Shown here in pieces: positions 59,072 to 64,000 of a DNA stretch of 64,000 nucleotides (position 1 is the stretch's first letter; each line of letters opens with the position of its first letter). This DNA is from SAR202 cluster bacterium AC-409-J13_OGT_754m (GTDB taxonomy: Bacteria > Chloroflexota > Dehalococcoidia > Lucifugimonadales > GCA-2712585): positions 97,470 to 161,469 of the forward strand of contig VEXD01000001.1 in NCBI GenBank assembly GCA_009391235.1. The letters are read 5' to 3'. Both the position numbers and the translations under genes were made by a program. Under the pieces are notes generated by a model. That model saw only the letters and a list, made by a program, of their open reading frames with translations. It made no database searches and was not told the origin of the DNA.

Positions 59072-59263
59072 CTAAGCTTTAACTTTTGTGACTTTATGAA
59101 GAGTTCTCAAGCACCTAGTACATGTCTTAACACGCTTTCTGGTGCCATCAATTTCCAAAGTAAGTCGCTGAATATTCGGCATGAACCTAGTCTTAGTACG
59201 CCTCTTAGAGTGGCTTACATTATTTCCGGATACTCCGATTTTATTACATAATTCGCAACGCAT
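59072..59263 (-). CDS. rpmB: 50S ribosomal protein L28
   Basis: 63 aa: CELCNKIGVSGNNVSHSKRRTKTRFMPNIQ is the L28 core. Confidence 0.9.
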   Translation of the reverse strand: MRCELCNKIGVSGNNVSHSKRRTKTRFMPNIQRLTLEIDGTRKRVKTCTRCLRTLHKVTKVKA

Positions 59264-59359
59264 TGTTCTATTCTATCATTGATCCTTATCAGATAAGTCG
59301 CATACAATCATACAATCGAAAAGGTTATCACAGAAGATAACAATTTAACAAGGTGACTA

Positions 59360-61018
59360 ATGGGCAAAGGGCAATATAACCGCAAACTCGAAAGACTGAC
59401 TGGCCAAGATATGAAGCAAGCATTCATAACGTCCACTCATTACCTTGAAAAAAACACTGACCACATTAATGCCTTGAATGTTTTTCCGGTACCCGATGGT
59501 GATACTGGTATTAATATGCTTCTTACTATGCGCTCAGTCAAAGATGAAATAGAGAATTTGGAGAACCCACCTGTCAGTTTAGTGGCCTCAAAAGCATCCC
59601 TTGGGTCACTGATGGGAGCTAGAGGCAATAGTGGAGTTATTTTATCCCAATTCTTAAGTGGATTCGCTACAGCCCTAGAAAATGTCGAGACCTGTGACGC
59701 CCAAACCCTTGCAAACGCATTAGTGGCCAGTGCGAACGCTGCGTATTTAGCAGTTGCCAAACCAGTAGAGGGAACGATGCTTACTGTCATGAGAGAATTA
59801 TCAGATGCGGCCTCGCAAGCTTCATTAGCAAACCAAGCCGATGTTATAGAAGTATGCAAAGCTGCTGTAGCGGCTGCTCACACTTCTGTAAGCAATACGC
59901 CAATCCTTCTAAATGTCCTCGCAGAAGCCGGTGTTGTTGATGCTGGCGGGGTCGGAATAGCAGTTTTACTCGAGGGATTTCTATCTTCCTTGCTAGGTAA
60001 ATCAATGAAGGATCTGAGTTTTCAAAAATATTCCTTGCCTAATTTAGCCCCATTGCCGCCCTCAATCAACAAACAATTTTTAGATGATGCTCAATCCAAT
60101 CAGTATGGTTTTTGTACACAATTTATGATTCAAGAACATACGGTGGGTATAGATGAAATACGATTGCAAATATCAGAAATGGGCAATTCTTCAGTTGTGA
60201 TAGGAAACCAATCTATCATTAAAGTACATCTTCATTGTGATAATCCGGATACAGTAATAAGTTACTGCCAATCGCTAGGGGCCATCAGTCAAATAAATAT
60301 TAGTAATATGGACCAACAACATAATGAGTTCTTGGATTTCCATTCTCAATCTAAGCAATCCCCTAATTTGGGAATAGTAGCCGTAGTCAGAGGTGAAGGT
60401 TTCGCAAGCCTCTTTAAAAGTTTAGGATGTCATTCAGTAATCGAATGCATAAATACGATGAACCCTAGCACTAAAGAACTAATAGAAGCAGCGAAAGAGA
60501 CGAAATCTAACCAAATAGTTATATTACCTAACAACCCGAACATCCACTTTACAGCTGAGCAAGCGGCCAAAATATTCGGACCTGGTCTATATTACATACC
60601 CACAAAGACCCTTCCTGAGGGTGTTGCAGCGCTATTATCATCCAGCCCAGACCTACCGATTGAACAAGTATTAAAAAATATGAATCACGTAATTAAAGGT
60701 GTTCGAACATTGGAAATTTTGAAAGCAGTGAGGAGCGTGAAGATTTCAGGTATATCCATAATCAAAGATCAGATAATTGGACTGTTAGATGGTAAACTGA
60801 TCTCAGTTGGAAAAACCGCAATCACCGTGCTAACGAATAGTCTTGTAAATATTAATATAGAAGTGGATCAAATTATTACAATATATTGGGGAAGGGACAC
60901 TAATAGCGCAACAGCCAAAACCGCTATGAAGCAAGTTTCAAATCTACTGCCAAAAAATGAAGTGGAGCTTGTATATGGCGGACAACCGTTTTATGATTAT
61001 ATAGTTTCATTGGAGTAA
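59360..61018 (+). CDS. yloV: DAK2-domain fusion protein YloV
   Basis: N-terminal DAK2 domain (LNVFPVPDGDTGINM) plus a C-terminal YloV domain. It sits in the conserved rpmB / yloV / degV / recG neighbourhood. Confidence 0.85.
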   Translation: MGKGQYNRKLERLTGQDMKQAFITSTHYLEKNTDHINALNVFPVPDGDTGINMLLTMRSVKDEIENLENPPVSLVASKASLGSLMGARGNSGVILSQFLSGFATALENVETCDAQTLANALVASANAAYLAVAKPVEGTMLTVMRELSDAASQASLANQADVIEVCKAAVAAAHTSVSNTPILLNVLAEAGVVDAGGVGIAVLLEGFLSSLLGKSMKDLSFQKYSLPNLAPLPPSINKQFLDDAQSNQYGFCTQFMIQEHTVGIDEIRLQISEMGNSSVVIGNQSIIKVHLHCDNPDTVISYCQSLGAISQINISNMDQQHNEFLDFHSQSKQSPNLGIVAVVRGEGFASLFKSLGCHSVIECINTMNPSTKELIEAAKETKSNQIVILPNNPNIHFTAEQAAKIFGPGLYYIPTKTLPEGVAALLSSSPDLPIEQVLKNMNHVIKGVRTLEILKAVRSVKISGISIIKDQIIGLLDGKLISVGKTAITVLTNSLVNINIEVDQIITIYWGRDTNSATAKTAMKQVSNLLPKNEVELVYGGQPFYDYIVSLE

Positions 61019-61023
61019 AAATA

Positions 61024-61878
61024 ATGGCAATAAAGATAATAACAGACAGCACTTCTGACTTACCTGCTGATTTAGCAGAAAAAGCAAACATACGAGTGGT
61101 TCCTTTATACATCAACTTTATGGGAGACGGGAATCAGATTCAGAGTTTACGAGATGGAATTGATGTTGATCCAGATGAGTTTTACCATCGACTTGGTCAA
61201 GAATCTAAACTGCCAACCACATCACAACCTTCCGTACAAGACTTCACGGAAGTTTACCAAGAATATCTAGGAAATGGAGATCAAATAATATCCATACACG
61301 TTTCATCCAAACTTAGCGGTACATGGAATTCCGCGACACAAGCTCATGAACAACTCGATGGTAATCCGAACTTGGTTATTATTGATTCCGGACTTGTATC
61401 TATGGGTATGGGAATGGCTGTCCTTGCAGGAGCCCAAGCTTTGAACAATGGAAAGTCGTTCGAAGAAATCCAAGAGGTAATTCATGCAGCATGTAGTAAA
61501 CTAAAGCTGTTTTGCATGGTAGATACCCTTGAATATCTGCAAAAGGGCGGAAGATTAGGAAAAGGTGCGGCTTTCTTAGGTTCTTTGTTGTCTCTAAAGC
61601 CTATATTGGCATTAACAGATGGGGAGATCCAACCATTTGAACGAGTACGAACGAGACGGAAAGCACTAGATCGTCTAGGTTCAATAGGAGAGGAATTTAG
61701 TAAGATTGATGAAGCTTGTATACTATATACCACCACCCCAGAAGATGCAGAAGAGTTGAAAACTAGAATTAGTCGCCTTATTCCATCTGACAAAATTATC
61801 ACGACCCGTCTTGGTCCAGTAGTGGGAACCCACGCGGGCCCTGGAGCTATAGGACTAATCGTCAGGCTATCGGAATAA
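61024..61878 (+). CDS. DegV-family fatty-acid-binding protein
   Basis: IKIITDSTSDLP N-terminus, TSQPS motif, and LEYLQKGGRLGK. Confidence 0.88.
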   Translation: MAIKIITDSTSDLPADLAEKANIRVVPLYINFMGDGNQIQSLRDGIDVDPDEFYHRLGQESKLPTTSQPSVQDFTEVYQEYLGNGDQIISIHVSSKLSGTWNSATQAHEQLDGNPNLVIIDSGLVSMGMGMAVLAGAQALNNGKSFEEIQEVIHAACSKLKLFCMVDTLEYLQKGGRLGKGAAFLGSLLSLKPILALTDGEIQPFERVRTRRKALDRLGSIGEEFSKIDEACILYTTTPEDAEELKTRISRLIPSDKIITTRLGPVVGTHAGPGAIGLIVRLSE

Positions 61879-62013
61879 CGGGTATTATTCCTAACACAAC
61901 CGAATAATCGCCAGTTACAGGTTAAATCAGTAAAAGTATTTCCTAATACTACAGCCAAATTTAATTCAGGACTTTAGTCATCACATCCTTCTCCATGATA
62001 AACTCTGAATATT

Positions 62014-64000
62014 ATGGCGGAACAAATCTCGAAATTCTCAGTACAGCTTTTCCATAGTATCCTCAAACTAGAGAAGTCTAGGGGGTTTGATGACGATACT
62101 GTTATCGGTGGCATAGATAAATATATAGAAAGCTGGAAATCTGACATTTTAAAACTATTTGGTGACACTTCAGAAATCCGGAAAATACTTGGAGAATCTT
62201 ATTCAGCGTTACAAACTCAAAATAGACAATATTGGGTTGATAGTTGGTTAAATCTAATAGAACCCTTATCTAATGTTCCTGTAGGCCCACGAACAAGAAA
62301 AAGGAAATCGGATTCACCTATCAAAAACCATAGTGTCGATTCTTCTGTGACTATCCTAAAAGGGGTAGACTCCAAAACAGAGACAAAACTGAAACGAATT
62401 GGAGTAAGGACGATCCGTGACATGCTGTATCTTTTTCCACGTCGTCACTCCGACTACTCGCAAGTATCAAAAATAGCTGATGTAAGACCCGGGCAAGAGA
62501 TTACAATTAATGCAACTATTTGGGAAGCTAATCAAATACGCTTGGGGAAAAACGGTAGATTAAAAGCAACGCAGGCTGTCGTAGGAGACGAAACTGGCAA
62601 TATGAAAGTGATCTGGTTTGGTCAGCCTTATTTGGCAAAACAATTACGTCCTGGAATAAAACTGGCCCTAAGTGGGAAAATGGATGTGTTTAACAAAGCA
62701 AAGGTTCTTGAATCTCCCGACTACGAGATTGTGACTCCGGGAATTCCTCTGATACACACTAACCGATTAGTTCCTATTTATCCACTGACCGAAGGGCTTA
62801 CCGCCCGCAACCTCAGACGAATTATTTGGAATGCCTTAGGTGGGTGGAACTCTCTAATAGAAGATTTTATGCCATCTGATATCTTATATCGTGTGGGATT
62901 GCCCAAACTACAAACAGCTATTATGGACGCTCATTTCCCACAAGATGAAAAGTCATGGGAGATAGCCAGAAAAAGGCTTGCTTTTAACGAGTTATTTCTC
63001 CTCATGACCATAATACAAATGCGCCGACAAACATGGCAAAAAGACGCATACGGAGTTTCACTCCAAAAAAATCCTGAAGGGATTCAATCCTTTATAGATA
63101 CCTTGCCCTTTTCATTAACAACATCTCAAGAACAATGCATAACGGAAATCATAGCCGACATGGAAATCGGAACCCCATCAATGAGCCGGTTGTTACAAGG
63201 TGAGGTAGGTAGCGGAAAAACATTAGTAGCCTTAGTAGCTTTACTGACAACCGTATTGTCTGGATATCAAGGATCTATAATGGTCCCGACGGAAGTGCTA
63301 GCTCGACAGCATTTTGCTACTATTTCTAATTTAATGTCTGGGTTGTCTAACCCTCAAATTGAAGAGAATTTAGTGTCTGCCTGCCTTGATACTCAAACCA
63401 AACCTATTTCCGTTGGTCTTGTCACAGGAAGCACACCGAAAGCAATTAAACGAAAAATTATAGACAAATCTTCAACAGGTGAATTGGACATCATTCTGGG
63501 AACTCACTCTTTAATACAAGAGGAGGTTAAAATACCTAACTTAGCCCTTGCTGTGGTAGATGAACAACATAGATTCGGGGTAACTCAACGTTCTCTGCTA
63601 CGCGGAAAAGGAACCACAACCCCTCATTTGCTCGTCATGTCTGCCACTCCCATACCAAGAACTCTGGCTCTTACCCTATATGGCGACCTCGATATTTCTA
63701 CCATTTCTCAATTGCCCCCTGGAAGACAAAAAATCCTTACTAGATGGGTTCCTACGCATAAACGAGATGCAGCCAATGATTTTGTCAGAGGACAGATTCG
63801 CCTAGGTAGACAGGCCTTCATCATTTGCCCTCTTATAGAGGAATCTGAAACAATTGAAGCTAAAGCGGCTATAGTAGAATATGAAAGGTTGAGCGAAAAA
63901 GTCTTCCCAGACCTAAGATTAGGGCTTCTACACGGTAAGATGGCATCAAAAGAAAAAGAGACCGTAATGACTCAATTTCACCAAGGAGAACTGGATATTT
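62014..64000 (+). CDS. recG: ATP-dependent DNA helicase RecG (3' end outside window)
   Basis: The frame is open from ATG 62014 to the window end, so it is absent from the ORF track. It has the wedge-domain context (LYLFPRRHSDYS), helicase motif I GEVGSGKT and motif II VVDEQHRFG. Confidence 0.9.
   Translation, partial: MAEQISKFSVQLFHSILKLEKSRGFDDDTVIGGIDKYIESWKSDILKLFGDTSEIRKILGESYSALQTQNRQYWVDSWLNLIEPLSNVPVGPRTRKRKSDSPIKNHSVDSSVTILKGVDSKTETKLKRIGVRTIRDMLYLFPRRHSDYSQVSKIADVRPGQEITINATIWEANQIRLGKNGRLKATQAVVGDETGNMKVIWFGQPYLAKQLRPGIKLALSGKMDVFNKAKVLESPDYEIVTPGIPLIHTNRLVPIYPLTEGLTARNLRRIIWNALGGWNSLIEDFMPSDILYRVGLPKLQTAIMDAHFPQDEKSWEIARKRLAFNELFLLMTIIQMRRQTWQKDAYGVSLQKNPEGIQSFIDTLPFSLTTSQEQCITEIIADMEIGTPSMSRLLQGEVGSGKTLVALVALLTTVLSGYQGSIMVPTEVLARQHFATISNLMSGLSNPQIEENLVSACLDTQTKPISVGLVTGSTPKAIKRKIIDKSSTGELDIILGTHSLIQEEVKIPNLALAVVDEQHRFGVTQRSLLRGKGTTTPHLLVMSATPIPRTLALTLYGDLDISTISQLPPGRQKILTRWVPTHKRDAANDFVRGQIRLGRQAFIICPLIEESETIEAKAAIVEYERLSEKVFPDLRLGLLHGKMASKEKETVMTQFHQGELDI

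Overview
This window is compact and AT-leaning (roughly 40% GC by eye). It is almost entirely chromosomal core, with about 58 protein genes and mostly tiny or overlapping gene junctions. I saw no rRNA, tRNA, CRISPR array, transposase, integrase or prophage module.

Gene content:
- Translation: cysS (5' truncated), gatB, leuS, rpmB, ffh, secG.
- DNA metabolism: uvrA, dnaX-ybaB, an sbcC with no sbcD, and recG (3' truncated).
- Chaperones: groES-groEL behind a perfect CIRCE operator.
- Fe-S assembly: sufBCDSU.
- Arginine: argJ-argB-argD-argG-argH.
- Thiamine-pyrimidine salvage: a TPP riboswitch followed by an ABC transporter and thiD.
- Other: nickel SOD with its maturation peptidase (sodN/sodX), a split transketolase, ilvD, rpe, yloV-degV, two F420-type enzymes, a CaiB-type CoA-transferase, an SDR, XdhC/MocA molybdenum-cofactor accessory genes, a JAMM protein, and a membrane HdrD-like Fe-S protein.

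Gene content and synteny fit a marine Chloroflexota-like (SAR202-type?) genome, but that is inference only.

I did not find a convincing novel multi-gene system such as a defence island or biosynthetic cluster. The most unusual items are:
- a CxxC-x14-CxxC zinc-ribbon extension fused to ArgJ, behind a leaderless-type promoter;
- a tandem pair of membrane-anchored coiled-coil trypsin-like proteases;
- a 32-codon ORF with a Shine-Dalgarno (SD) sequence wedged between the JAMM and XdhC genes;
- a stand-alone membrane HdrD-like protein;
- an SDR whose catalytic Tyr/Lys appear to be replaced;
- a truncated epimerase remnant;
- a start-less lipoprotein-like ORF next to an A7 run;
- a few unusually long spacers carrying perfect palindromes.

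All functional calls come from motif recognition by eye. No searches were run.
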